DNA from: Takakia lepidozioides | Taxonomy: Eukaryota > Plantae > Bryophyta | NCBI GenBank assembly: GCA_030704615.1 | Contig: CM060732.1 | Span: 72,478,001 to 72,542,000, forward strand | Length of the DNA stretch: 64,000 bases | Reading direction: 5' to 3' | In this document: positions 27,321 to 41,115 of the stretch, in pieces | How the letters are laid out: every line of letters starts with the position of its first letter | How positions within the stretch are numbered: position 1 is the stretch's first letter | Made by a program: the position numbers and the translations under genes | Notes under the pieces: generated by a model | Seen by the model: the letters and a program-made list of their open reading frames with translations, nothing else | What the model was told of the DNA's origin: nothing | The model's database searches: none

Positions 27321-28650
27321 CAGTGTTGGGCGGGTATTACTTTTTTTGATACCAGCCAGGGTCTTGGTATTGAAATATTTTCACTTTTCAATTTTTCAAT
27401 AGCCCGTTTCATAGTATTAGAATACTCACATCATTCGCTCCCAAGGTGTTTCCCCTTTTTTTTAAATAAGTTATAAATAAATAATAGTAATAATAATAAT
27501 ACTCGCAGCATTTTTCAACATGGCCAAATCTGCAATGCAGAGATTATTCTCATATATCATATCTCTATTTGAACAGAAAAAAAACTCTTGATCAAGGAGA
27601 GACAAGGTCTTCCAGGTATGGCATGTTGAGTAAAATAGTAAAGAGCAAGTGGTGGGCTAGCAGTGCACCGGCCCAACATTGGCTGATACTAATATCAGTA
27701 CCAGCCTAGGTATTTTGACAAACGTCCCGGGAGTACCGGCAGCCAGTTACATGCTAGCCGACTGAATTCCAGAATTTCTGAATGAAATATGAAACCTCAG
27801 GATATGGATCCGAGGGGAAAAATGGCCGAAGCGGAAATCAACCGGGTGCCCTACTTTGAGGAAGGATATTTGCCTTTCCATTTCATTACAGACAGGAAGG
27901 CAAGGCCTGGACGGATTCCGGCCCTTCTTATATTACAAAAAAACGGAAATGGCCGTCGAAGTCTGCCACATGGCAGAAATCCAACGTGCCAGGCCGGGTT
28001 ACATCCGAGGAAGGGCGTTTAGGTGAAAAAATATTGAGGCGGGGCCTGCGGGCAAACCCTACTAAGTCTGGACGTTGCTCTCGCCCCACGCCTGCTTGCA
28101 CTCGCTACCTGCTATCACAGCTCACCTGTCCACGCGGGTTCAATTCTTGGCCTCCATGTGATTTGAGGGCATTGACAGGTCCAACTTCTATAAGGATACA
28201 ATGTTCTTCACTTGTTTGAATTGCTTAAAACTGGTTGTGATTATTATTATTTTTTATTATTTACTTATTGTTGTGCATTTGACACTTGTGTTGTCAACCG
28301 GTTGATATTTATAAAGGCCGGATTTATAGCTGAACACAAAATAAATCATTAGGAATATTACCGGTTGTAAGGAATTTATCTCGGAAATTGACCGGGTATA
28401 GTTACCACTAAGGGGCAGCAACCGACTGCCCAACCCACTTAGCCGATTGCTGCTGGGAATGAGCGGCTACTGGCTGGTTCAACTGAAATTATTTCCCGGA
28501 CGCTGATTTTGACCTAAGTATTGCAATTGCCAATACTAGCCGGGATTATGGTTCTTAATCCTAGTATTACAAAAGTAGATATCAGTGGGGTCGGTTCTTC
28601 GATACCCTAGTTGATACCCCGGCAAGACCCTCTCTAAGAGTCCAACACCG
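27321..28650. mobile_element. Non-autonomous hAT DNA transposon
   Basis: TIRs CAGTGTTGG...CCAACACCG flanked by an exact 8-bp TSD GTTGGTAT (27313-27320 and 28651-28658). Confidence 0.88.
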
Positions 28651-28746
28651 GTTGGTATATTAGTATCTTTTTTTTTCCATTTTCCATAATCTCAAGTTTT
28701 TCTCATATCTTTGGTCCCTTGAGATCCTCTATATCTTGAGAATGAA

Positions 28747-29450
28747 CTAGGGTAGCCTGTGCCGTTGGCCCAGGTGTAAATGTCATTAAATCAAGTGCAA
28801 TCTCCTATGTATCCAAGTGTGTCTCCTATGTCGAGGCCCATGTGTGAAGAATTGAAATCGATATACTAAAAATGAAGTTGGATGTTTGTTTAGTTACAAA
28901 GAATGTCTGGTATATGAATGAACTAATGTTTAAAAAATATTATAAATATACACAAAATGAGCAACAATGTATTGTAATGCAGAGATTGGAATTTGATGAA
29001 AGAGTTAGAAGTTTATATTAATACTTCTGTATATGTAATTTTATTTTATTTTTTATTTTATAGGAAACCTGGGAGCGACAGCCCACAATTCAGGCCCTTG
29101 AGGGGAAAAAATTAACCCCCTTTCATTTATGGGCCATGAGGCCTACAGAAATATACAATCATATATTGCAAAACCCAATTAATTTTTTTCCATGAATTTA
29201 TTGAGTAGTAATATATCCAATCATTGTTCCAAGAAAGCCTACTTTGCAAATTTCCAGCGACCCAACTACTTAAAATTCCATATCTCCCACACCGCAGGTC
29301 CAAAAATCATGAGACCAAGCCGGTGCACCCTCCTCATCGAGGGCTTTCCAATGGTACCAAGCACCAAGGCTGGGGCCACAGTTTGGGACATCTCAACCCT
29401 ACAAAACAAACAAACAAACAAACGACAAATCACCTTGCTTCATATATTGA
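28747..29450 (-). mobile_element. Non-autonomous Helitron
   Basis: On the minus strand it starts TC (29450-29449) after an A. It ends with hairpin CCTGGGCC-AAC-GGCACAGG, a 5-nt spacer and CTAG (28750-28747) before a T. No TSD. Confidence 0.75.
29040..29150 (-). mobile_element. 5'-truncated SINE copy with A-rich tail, nested in the Helitron
   Basis: Near-identical reverse complement of 24259-24338, followed on the minus strand by an A-rich tail. Confidence 0.6.
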
Positions 29451-30539
29451 TATCTTGAAGGAATATCTTAAATATCTATCTATATATCCCTTCATAACAT
29501 CTTTCATTATTTTTATCTTATTATGAGATTTTAATAAAGATACTTTATAGAATATTTGTGTATCAACAAAATAACTCTAAAAGTCCATGACTTATTTTTA
29601 TATGCAACTCCAATTCACAATTATAAGTACAACAATTTATGGCTCTCGTGTTTGGACACATCCACCTCATCAACATCATATATCTGGTACATAAGCATAT
29701 TGGATGGACCATAAACATATATTTATTGCTTTTATATTATGTCCATTGCTACCAACATCTAGAATAGCCAAACGCAATGAGCCGCTTGTTTTATTTATTT
29801 ATTTTTAAAAGGAAACATCCATTAGACAAATCAGGCCCCTTAATTATAGTAATAGGAGAAAATAACCTCAAGCTGGCTTATGGGACACCGCCAAGGGAAG
29901 CGGAGAAGATTATACCATACCAAACAAGATGACAGAAATTGAACCCAAAATCACGTAGGTGACGCTCCATGCTATATTACCCACGGGTGGTACTATTATA
30001 CAACTAGGTAGTGGTATTCAGTCTACTTTAATTAAGCCGATGGTGTGGCCCATGGATTTGGTGGGTCTTTCTCTCACACTTAAATTTCATGTTCATGAAC
30101 AAACAATAAATGTAAATGGTACAAGTTGATGTGGAAGTCAACACCATACCATCCTGAATTGGGATAGGACTAATTTGGGGTAGGTAGTGGTCTTTGTCTT
30201 AAAATCTTGCGGATTATTAGGACACAACCTAACGTTGGTATGCCCCATTCAGCGATTCACATTGGTCTCCTATGACTTTGGTCTCTTCTGGTATGTTCTG
30301 ATCCATGACCTTTAACCAACGGTCTGCTCTTTCTCATCCCATCCATCCATATTTGGATAGCCAAGATGTGCGGCGAAGCCCTTTTATTTTTAAGAATTAT
30401 ATTTCTAATGAACGTGGACACTTGCCTAAGCAAGCATACTAACTTACAGTGTAACTTGACCCGAAAGAATATTGCTTTCCAATGGGAAGGTAGACATTTG
30501 AATAGATTGAGTTTCCATCATCTCAATTTCGTCCATTCA

Positions 30540-31900
30540 CTTGTATGCTTGCAGGAAGTTTGTGTTTTTAGGTGTTTGTGGCTATTGTTCTTTCATATTG
30601 TAACGCTCACCTTAACCATGGAGCTACTAATGAGGTGTCTACCAATAATCAAAGCATTTGTTGTAAATGTCATTCTATATTATTTTTTGTTTCGTTCATG
30701 TAAACGTAGCCCCAGGCCTCTAGAAGCATTTTAAGGGAAAAACCAATGAGAAGAGCAAGATATCACAACACTATATTGGAATACTAGTTAACAATTTGTT
30801 GTTTCAATCTCACCGCCAGTGAGAGAATAGAAGCATTGCATATTTCTTTATTGCATGTCATACTCATATTCTGTTTTCAATGACCCCTGAGATGTGTGCT
30901 TTCTTCAGTCGTTGTGGATGGATTGGATGGCTGTTTCTTTGAAGGCTTATAGGATGTTTGTGCTTCTAGATGTTTGCATTTGTTGTTCTTTCACATTGTA
31001 GGCTCACCTTCACCATAAAACTAAAAGAGAGAGAAGATTATGGCCGAAGCTGGCGTAACAAAAAAACCACTTCACCTTGCGGTTATTGCTTCTTTTCAAG
31101 GGTGGGCTGTATCAACTAAAAAAGTTTGTTGTAACCATTATCCAACGTTTTTCATTTATTTCACCTTGTATGCTTGTAGGATGTTTGTGCTTTTAGGTGT
31201 TTGCGGCTGCCATTCTTTCACATTATCGACACGTCTTCACCATTGTGTTGACAACGAGGTGTCTTCATACAAATAGAGAATTGTTGTAACTGTCGTCCAC
31301 GGATTTAGTTTCGTTCATTACCTTGTATGCATGCAAGATGTCTGTGCTTTCATTTTCTTTTTTCTACTCGCCTCTCAATCTGCAACCAAGTTCCAGAGTC
31401 CAAATATCTGAGCAGAGGTGTGGACCCCAAATTACGCTCCGATCTGGAGAGGGATTTCCAACTTGGCTAGGGAAGGAAATGGTCATACTTGGAGACAGTG
31501 AGACGATCATTCCTTGAAGCGAAGGGAGTCGTAGAGCAGCTCATTGAATTGGAGGATGAGCTCTGTTGGACATTCTCCAACTTCCATTTGGTAGAGGAGA
31601 CATCATAAATTCAAGTTGAGAAAAAGATAGGTGTCATTGTCTGGAGTCATCTTTTCAGTGGTCGAGATCAGATTGCATCTGCAATGCGTCTGGGGTTCTA
31701 CATGGGAGTTGAGGATAGGTCTTTGCGTTTGTCATTCTTTGACATTGTAGGCTCGCCTTCACCATCGAGATAAAAAGAAGATGTCTGTAAATAGGGCATT
31801 TGTTGTAACTGTCATACATATTTCAACTTCTCATTTCACCATGGATGCTTATACAATGTTTGTGGTTGCTAGTCTTTCACATTATAGATTCACTCTCATC
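30540..31900 (+). repeat. Degenerate tandem/dispersed repeat (about 4-5 units)
   Basis: Recurrent ATGTTTGTGCTTTTAGGTGTTTG...TCTTTCACATTGTAGGCTCACCTTCACCAT...TTGTTGTAACTGTCAT-like blocks at about 30545, 30950, 31165, 31720 and 31850. Confidence 0.7.
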
Positions 31901-33399
31901 ATCAAAGACTATAATACAAATTAGGATAATCGGCGACAATGTTTTGGTGGACTATAGGGTTTTATTGCTCGTCAATATCTTCAACAGATTAAAATATCAC
32001 ATCAAATCTCACCCTTCATAAAGTAGGATGTCGAATCTCAACCATGCAGAGTCTCCACAAGAAAAACTAGCTATCAACCTTTGCGGGTCTAGCTAAATTG
32101 TGTACTGGTAGTTGTAGGCGTAGGCCCTGCGCACGTTCTTGCACGATGTGATTTATGTTCGCATGATGACGTTCGAGAAGTGTACTGTGTGAGGAGGAGA
32201 GTACGAGAACGTCTCGTTATACCAATCTTGCAAGCTACACCAAATGATGGGTCTTTCAACCAGACAACTTTACATTGTCTCCCAAACAAAACAAATGAAT
32301 GAAATGGTAGATGTAAATCTTTGAGTGTACCATCAAATTTACATATGCCGAAATGTATTCAATGCTAAACACATAGTACTTTATGAAAGTAAACTCTGCG
32401 GTTCCAAAAAAATGTTTTTATCTCTTTGCTAACGACAAAAGATTTCGTACTTATTGCTTCGTTGGTTTTTCTTATTCCATTGGGCTTATGAAACCTTCAT
32501 GGCTTGACAAGAATACAAAGGGGTTCTTCCCTTTTTTCTTAAACCCATCAAAATGCCTTGATTTCGAGGTGATGTCATGATTTGCTATGAATTCCTCGTT
32601 TGAGAGAGCTCTCTCGTATGTAATAACATTTTCTTCCAATTATGCCCTAATATTGGACAACAATGGTTACTAGGCTTGACAAGCTGTTTCTGGAAAGGTA
32701 AATTTTAAAATCTAAAACTCCTTATATTTTAAGATTTATAGCATTTTCAAAATCAGCTCTAGCTATTTCATTGAAACCTGAAATTAAAAATCACAATCTT
32801 GCCTTCCTATTGGTTAGAATGTATTTATCCATTACAAGTAAAATTTGTATTCTCGGATGTCATTCTTTGGCTCAAAACGAAAGCTGACAATTAGGACTGT
32901 CATCTTCATTTTTTATCCAAAAACTCCATATACTTCAGGAGTTATATGCATTGGAAAAGCATGGCCAGCTGCAGGCCTACAAGAACAATGGCACTTTAGC
33001 GTGGGGGGAATCGTACTGATACTTTGGCTGGAAGAAAAATTTACAACAGCAGTGCATTTTGGTTCGATAAATCTCCCATAAATCTTGTGAATACAACCAT
33101 GTAGCTGATATTCTGTGCTTGAACTTGCATGCGAACAAATATATTTTCATTTTCTCATGCTGCATAATAATTCATGACTAGCCGCGCCATATGACATATG
33201 TCACTAATTATTGTTTCCAATTACGAAAACTTAAGAAATACTGGGGCTGGTGTTTCCTTGGAAACAAAAAAACACAAAAAGAAAAGAAAAAACATTCATC
33301 AACATACTATATACTGTATTGTACAGTGTGCATCCCGTATGTATATACATACCTACTGGATACGGATCGAGATCCCAAGGCAGTGCAAGGGTCGCTTCA

Positions 33400-33920
33400 C
33401 GCTGACGTGGACTAACCAGAACTTTCCAGAAAGTACCACGTCATTCCGTTTGGGCCCGGGAGACGCGGTGCACATCCATCCATCTACCCACCAGGAGGAG
33501 ATCCGACGGCCCATCATAGGGCCACGTGCACATTGAATGTGGCAAAGAACGCAAAAGTCCGCGGCCGGTGGCATGTGACCCGGTCACCGGTAATGGCCAG
33601 TGAAAGTAACGGTACACGTCACCGAAAGGGACAAGCGACTGGCATGGACGCCACGTCCGCGGGGATCCCGACTGACGTCAACCGCCGCCGTCATCTTCTG
33701 ACGTCCGTCAGGCGCATGCTGTTGGACCACCGGTCCCCCGGACAACCCCCTTTGTACCACAGAAAATCTCCTTCCCTCCCCGCTCGTGCGAAACGTGAGA
33801 TATAACTACGACCCTCCACCAACGTCTTCTCACTCTACACTGGCCCCACACCCTTCTCTTCTCGTCTCTCCTCTCCTCTCCTCTTGTCTTCTCCTCTTGT
33901 CTTCTCCTCTTCTCTCCAGC
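33400..33920 (+). promoter_or_regulatory. ACGT/TGACG-rich cluster with a TATA-like box and CT-rich tract
   Basis: TGACGTGG, CCACGTCA, CCACGTGC, CACGTCA, CCACGTCC, TGACGTCA and TGACGTCCGTCA (33403-33710), then ATATAA at about 33800 and (TCCTC)n at 33850-33917. Confidence 0.45.
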
Positions 33921-34165
33921 ACCCGGTCTGTTTGAGCCAAGTACCTTTTGTGATGCTCAACACAACAGTTCAGTGATTTAACTGAAAAAATTAAGGATTT
34001 CAGAATGTTTTGGTTAGACATAATCGAGGTCTGTAGGCCACAGTACAAGTGAGCAAGCTAGATCCAATGATGTACACAGGGCACCCCTGTTTTTCCTCCT
34101 CATGAATGCGAGGTCTGTGCCAGCAGCAGTCTACAGTCTGCATTGTCTTTGGTACATTCACAAGA

Positions 34166-37100
34166 TCAAGTTCCCTGTCCAGTTTGAGGGTTGCTCGAGG
34201 CGGCAGCTGGCACACCAAATCCGGTGGCGTTAGGTGCAGCTTCCTCTGCCTTGGTAGGCTCCATCTTGCGTTTCTCTTCGGATATGGGAACTGGTCCGTC
34301 AGCCTCACTGTCCTTCACCAGTTGATCAATCCGACGAAATTGCCAAGGCCACCGTGTGTTGTACAAAAATTGCCGCAGGTCGAACCGGTTGTCCTCAGGA
34401 GAGTAATTCTGTCATTTCCGGCAACAAAGACATCATCCTCTGCAATGTAATGCAAAATGGGTGCCAAATATTGCTGTGGAACAAGGTTTGCAGAAGTTTT
34501 TAGAGAACCTAAAACGAATGAGGAGATGCAAACTGACCCAATACCAGAGCAAGCTATCTGGGGTCAAGTCAAAGTGGAAGGACCAATCATCTTCCTGAGA
34601 CATAAGAATCTCTTGGTCACACTCCCTCTCTCCATACCCCTCCATGGTTGTTGTGGCCCGATTTCTACTTCCCCCTCTTTTGCTGTGGGCAAACCAAGTG
34701 CAGAGACTGGGTTTAACTGTCTCACTGTCTGCACTCCAGCGACTCAATTGGCTTCAATACTTATGCACTTCAGATTAGCTGAGCATGCCCTGAAGGTTGT
34801 GTTGGAGTCAAAACAATTGGCTTTTTAACAATTCAGCAGCAAACCCTGCATTAGAGAATAAGGGGATAAAAGAGCCAACCTCGGCATGATAAGAAGGCGT
34901 CAGGGTGGTCATCTTATGTCGGTTGATGGAGTAATACCGGAAAAAATCCTTCACTTTTCCAGCCACCTCTGCTGGAGTTAGCCGACCTTGCCAATGGTGG
35001 CAGAGATGCTACCCACAAGAAAAGCAACAGCCCATGCACCATAAAAGATGTGAGACTCACATGGCTTCTTAGGTTTCTAGCGTTGCAACACAACATAACC
35101 TTGGATTCAAGAACAGCACTATGGAATACACTATCAACATTTGTTGATGATTTCATTTTCATGTATTTATACCAAAGTAGGGCAATGTGACACAAGGATT
35201 AGAGATGGACTGCTTGCAAGATAGGGCAGGGCAGGCCTGGGTGGGCACCTGAAACATGGACACAGGGCCACAGCCAAAGATCTTGCGCAAGCGCCCATAC
35301 ATTGACAGCTCCTCATAGGTCATGCCCATGTCAATTTCATCAATCTGAGCAGAGTGACAAGAAAACACACTTTAGTGCTTATCTTAACAGTTGTTACATC
35401 AAAGAGTCAAGAAAAAGAAAGTTGCAAACCCACCGTTTCAAAGAGCTTTTCCAGGACAGGGTCTGTTTGATTGTGTGCGTGTGCCTACAAGAGTGTGGGC
35501 ACAGAAGTACTAGTTGGCTGTTGCCGGTAAGAGTTGGCCATTACCGACACTTGAGATTAAAGTTCCTGTGGAATGCAAATTCTCCTGGAGCTATCGCTGG
35601 ACTTCAGCCACCATGGAGAAACAAGCAAATGCTTCTGAATTATAGCGAGTCAGTTGACAATTCTAGCGACAGAAAAAATTGGGGCTGCCTAGTGGTGACA
35701 GCTTATCTTGCAACAGAACCTTAAGTACACACTACACACCTTCCCTCCCAACACCCAACAGTAGCACTATGACCAACTTGAGGAAAAGCAAAGAGAAGCC
35801 ATGCCTGTGTGTAATTGGCCCTGATTGGCTCCAACTCAGCAGTGGGAGGAGCACCTTCAATCTCTGATAGAGTTGGGTAGCCAAGATGTACAGCACCCCA
35901 GCGCAAAAAGGAGCGAATATCCTGCTTGCTTATTCCTCCAATGGGATTTATATCCGCTGAACTGCAGTCGTACTACAATCCCCCAAAATAAGACGCAGGT
36001 ACCTCACATCCTCATATTAACAAGCTGTTTATGAATCACAGGGAGAAAAGATGCATAAAATTGACGCATAAAATTGAAAGGGGCCCTCTTAAATCAGGGC
36101 GAGGTTTATGGCATAACTAACAAATACTTCTCCTTTTTGCATTTCTTTTCATGTAAGTGTAATCTGCCCTTCAATGTCATAATTGAGTAGCAGTGGCCAC
36201 ACGTTGTACATCCAGTTGAACAAAGGGCTACATTACCAGAGTTGACATGCTACGGGATGTGGAGTTTGTCTGTGTGGTTCTATGATAGTGTTCTGGTTTC
36301 TGGTTTCTGATGCCGAAAGGGGACTGGTATTGAGGGGCTAGGGAGGGGGTGAGACCTTTGTGAGGTAGCCACGGAGACCTTCATCCACATTTGCACTGCC
36401 GAGAACAAGCAAGAACCCAGGCTTGCTGCGCACCCATGGCAGCAGAGATGCAAGCATAAATGCAATCACCATGCGAATACGAGCCTGTACGTTTTGCAAG
36501 GCCAAGTTCTCAGTCTGGGTCCCTCCATCCACCTGCCCACAAATACTTGCACAGAATTAGTAATTTCCACATAAAAATTTGACAGAGTTACGTAAAGATA
36601 TAAAGCAGGCACACCCGTGTAGTGGAAAAAACAAACATTGATTTCCACAATTTGTAGGACGGATTTATATTTAAAGAGTTTGTACCTTATAGCGAAGTGT
36701 CTTGCCAGTGATAGTCTTGAACAGAGAGAGCAACGCTGACACTACCACATCTATCTTCACATCCAGATGTGATGCCCCAATCTCTTTTGCCAGTCGCTCT
36801 GCCCGCCCTCGTGTGCCTTCTGAGCTGCAATTTGAAGCATGTAGACTCATTAAACCATGGTTATGGCAGCCTTGTAGCATTCAGTCCACCCTAACTTCGG
36901 TGAATGGCACACGGGAAGAAGCAACAAGAAGGAGATGTGTCCACTACCAGCACTGAAGACCTGCTCCAGTGCTGTAACTTACATATATTATCTGTAGGGG
37001 CTGAGGTGTGTGCCCTGTTCCTGCGGGTGCCCAAGCAAAGCTTAATCTCTGCAAAGCATTCACCTTGCAGAGCCACTCTGACGGTACATTTAGGGCAAGC

Positions 37101-40100
37101 AAGCCTATGCAAATCTAAAAATTAGCCAATGAAAACTGGTGCAGGTGACTGAAACATTCAGTTGTCTTGCATTCATGTTATACAAGAAAGCATGCTATTT
37201 GGTCCCAGCAAATCCACCGCAGCCCTCCATAATAGGTACCTTATACTCGAGTACAAGAGATTCTTGAAAGTGCAAACCTGTTTTCAGTGCCCATGTAGAC
37301 AGTGTGCAAAATACGCCCAGCAAGTTCCTGAGCAGTTTTGGGTATCTCTTGTTGGTAATTGCCAATTCGAATGGCATCCAACCGCACTTGTTTGTCGCCC
37401 TCCTCCACCCCTATACCACAATGCAAACAATCCTTAACTTTAAGCCCATGTAATCAAAGTACTTGCCAAGGACCTGTAAGCCTCTCTATACGTAGTGCTG
37501 GATGACTCATAGTTGCTGTAGTGATCAGCTTGGGTACAATTTTAACAAAGTAAAACACTCATAAGAACATGATGCGATGCACAAACATAACAAGCTGCAC
37601 TGACACAGGAGCTTGAAAGGACCTGAACAAACTCACTGTATAAGTGATTGAAAGGGAAGCGAATGTGCATTGTAGGATACACGTCAGTTCTCAATAAAAC
37701 CTTTAATGACAAGCTGACACATGCAGCCAACGATGGCTGCCACTGATGAGCTGTCAGCGCCCCCAGACAGTGGCAACAAAAACCCTGTTGCCCCACTGCG
37801 GCGCAAGTAATCCCATAGCCAGCATGCAGGTCCCATGGCTATCTCCTCTTGCGGACCATGATACCTCACCTGTCCATACACAAAGTGCCCACTCACAAAC
37901 ATCTTAACTTACATTCCAAATACATTATGGATGACAAGACATTGATGTGGGTTTCTGCTTGAGGAGGAAATGATAGACTTTGATGAACTTGTGTAATGAT
38001 TGAGGTTTTGGTCTCAATGATTCTAACATGTTTTTTCGTATCCCATGACCCACTCTGGGCCTCCCACGTTCAGAGTCTATGCCAGCCCACAAATCAATAC
38101 TCAAGTCCTGTGGCTTCGTTGTCATGGTCCGTGCCCCAGCAGTTAGAGCTGGTTGCCACATTCCGGTGGAAGCCATGAAAGTTCAGCCCTCTCTGTTCTC
38201 TCTTCCTCTCACTTCACAGATAATTAGTGATTTTATAGATCATCTACTCATTATGCACAGCGCTAGTCAAATGCATTATATATATCCTGACTCATCTCTC
38301 AAACACTACAGTACTTGCAAGTATGGGGTGTGGACATGGAAGATGTACTGGCACAGGCAGTGTTGGAAAGGTCTTCAGGGTATTGATAGGCCGTGAAAGA
38401 GCAAATTTCACCCTCACGAACGGGATCAGCGGCATATGGCTGGCCTGTTCCCTCAAACTGCTCTTAGCTCCCCTGTAGCTTGCTACCTGCCAACCCCAAT
38501 GACCACATTCACAGAATGATTTGAAAATATGAGCAAGTTTAGGGTGCCAAATGATATCGTTACATGCACATGAGGCACAAGTATTTCTTGACTCAAACAA
38601 CCGACCAGCATTGATGCAGCTAAGAATCAGGACAAGGTAACTAAAAGTGGGTTTTCCAGTAAGTTACGCACAGCTTGTTCAAAAGACTAAAGTTGAGGGC
38701 TCCAAGACACACAGGAGCTGGAGGTGAGGTAAATGACGTTTTTGGGTGGAGGTAGGTTCATACAGTGTCCAAGTCGACAGAGGCCACCACTACTTCCACA
38801 TCTTTAAGTGAGAACTGTGAACCTTGAGCAACCACGTCTCCATTCACAACCACACAAGAACATCCATCTGGAAAAGCGAAAAACCACCCTCCCGGTGGTG
38901 AACAAATCTGTCCAAACACATTCTGTAGCAGAAGTCATCACTAATGCATGGATGCCTCAAGACAACCAAAGAGAAGAATTGTGTAAGTTATACCAATTAA
39001 CAGCTTAAAACTTCCAGCTTATTGGTTCCTTTCGCATATAGAGCTACCCTGACACACCAAACAAAAGACTGCTTGCCAGTCTTGAAACCTACATTCATAA
39101 TTGTGCCTTACATCAGAACAGCCTGGAATTGTTTCAGAAATGAAACTTTCCACTACAAATCATGCAACCATTCCCCTGTTAGTGTCTATGCATTGATAGT
39201 GGGGGCATTAATTTTGAGTCCCTAGAGGCTCCAGAGTATTCCTTGCACGGGAAAATGGACTGTTACCATAATAGAGGCGGCCACCATCACAACCCTGTTG
39301 ATTTGCATAGAGGTAAACGCCTCCACCTTTGCTGGTCGCACTCTGCATCAACTCCAGTCGTGTGTTTAGCTTCCGAAGCTGGTGATGGCTGCCGCTCCCA
39401 TTTGCAATAATTTCTACTCCATTAAGGGAAAGGCCTACATGAGGTGATGCTGGTGTAAATAGCTCCTCACATGATTCTGACGCTATGTTCCTGCAGCAAT
39501 GCTTTCTTGCGTTCAAAAACTGAAAACTCGTTGCTTCTGGGGAAAAATTTACCCACCCCTCTAAAGCCTCTTCAGTGCCAGTTATTCACATTTCCACCAG
39601 ATACACATGTGCATCTTTCTCAACCAAGAAGGGGAGCAGAATGGGGGAGAGGGACTGCAAAAGAGACACAAAAAACTGAGAGAGGGAAAGATATACAGCT
39701 CACGTGTCATCAAAAGCAAGATAGCCATCCCCAAATGGCACTGTTACTTGACCAGTAGCCTCCTTGATGATCTCTGGAAGCTGCAGCTCCACCAGCTGCC
39801 GTAGTTGTTTCCACGCTGAAAACCACCTTGGCTCACGGTAATTACCATCATTGGCAAGGTAAAGTTTGGGGCGTACAAGTAATATTCGGCTATCTAGACA
39901 ATAAGCTCTGCAATTGTACCGGACACCACCTTGCTCCACAGGTAAGCCAATGTCACACACAATCCCCTTTGTCAAATCCGAAGCCAAAATCTCCGCCAGG
40001 CATTCCCAGCTGCAAACAACATGTGATTTCTTGTGTCAGAGGCATATATTCCTTTTAAGATGGTTGAAATATGGTGCAAAGTAGACATTGTGTAGTGGCT

Positions 40101-41051
40101 CGTAGTTTTCCCACAATATGTCAGAAATGAAATTCAAGAAGGGTCCTGGATTTTAGGCATTGTCTCAATACGTGAGAGTCATTTCAGAACATAAGAAGAA
40201 GGGCATTTTTCCTCATACAACCACACTATCCTCGCCACCCTGGGCATCAAATACCTTCTTCTCCGACCCCTCAGCAACTCCAGGACAGTACGCAGATGAA
40301 CTGCAATGGTGTCCCGTCTAGCTACCATTTCGAAACTCTCAGCACTACCGACTTGTCCACCTCTGGAGTAGTCAAATGTGGTTCAGGTGGATTGCAAGTA
40401 AACTAAACCAGCTCAGTATGAATTGTAACCTACCGCAAATGTGTACGCAAATCAATGCAGCTTCATGCTTGGCCATGAATTCTACTCGATTGTCGGTAAC
40501 TACGACGAAGAACGATACACACAGCGAAAAATTGCGTTTTGGATAGAAATTCAATCGGCTTGTCTTTTCCAAGGTTGCGGAGAAGTGAAAATGGAGGGTT
40601 TCACACTCCACGCCACATACACTTCAGACTACATGTAATCGTCAACCCGAGATGGTACCTCAAGACTCCGACACTGAGCAATGTCGACGTCTTCTCTCCA
40701 ACCAACGGACCAGAATGTATCCAGATTGTCAATTTGGCCTTATATTTGCTAACATCAGCATAATTAACGACCTGACGGGCGGAGATTCTCTTTCTCCCAG
40801 CGGACTGAATTCTGCGCAAGGTGCCTTTAACATAGTGAGACAAATTGAGGGAGATACTTACGAGTGATCGAGGGTATCATGCTCCAGAAAATGGTCTTCA
40901 CAGCCGTAGCCAGTGATCTCTAGCTCCGGCCCCACTCGGAACACGGCACCAGCATCCCGCGCCTGCTGAATAGACAGCACGATGCGTTGCAAGTTTCCCT
41001 CAAAATCCATAGCCCATTGATTCAAATTGCACGTTGCCACCTTCACCACCC

Positions 41052-41055
<4 letters not shown>
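34166..41055 (-). CDS. QNS1: Glutamine-dependent NAD(+) synthetase
   Basis: 13 coding exons: 41055-40862, 40009-39704, 39490-39267, 38867-38764, 38486-38349, 37869-37701, 37410-37278, 36824-36686, 36532-36356, 35972-35805, 35344-35249, 35008-34880, 34408-34166. Nitrilase-domain motifs ([45 protein letters not shown]) and synthetase motifs ([50 protein letters not shown]). Confidence 0.97.

Positions 41056-41101
<46 letters not shown>
41056..41101. repeat. (GA)n microsatellite directly abutting the QNS1 start codon
   Basis: A perfect TC run on + immediately after the CAT at 41053-41055. Confidence 0.95.
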
Positions 41102-41104
<3 letters not shown>

Positions 41105-41115
41105 CCACCCTCTGT

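Noticed and set aside
24259-29150. 85-bp inverted pair read as TIRs of one 4.9-kb Mutator-like element
   Set aside because: No TSD. One copy is nested in a Helitron and has an A-rich tail, and the other continues into a tRNA-like head, so two SINE copies fit better.
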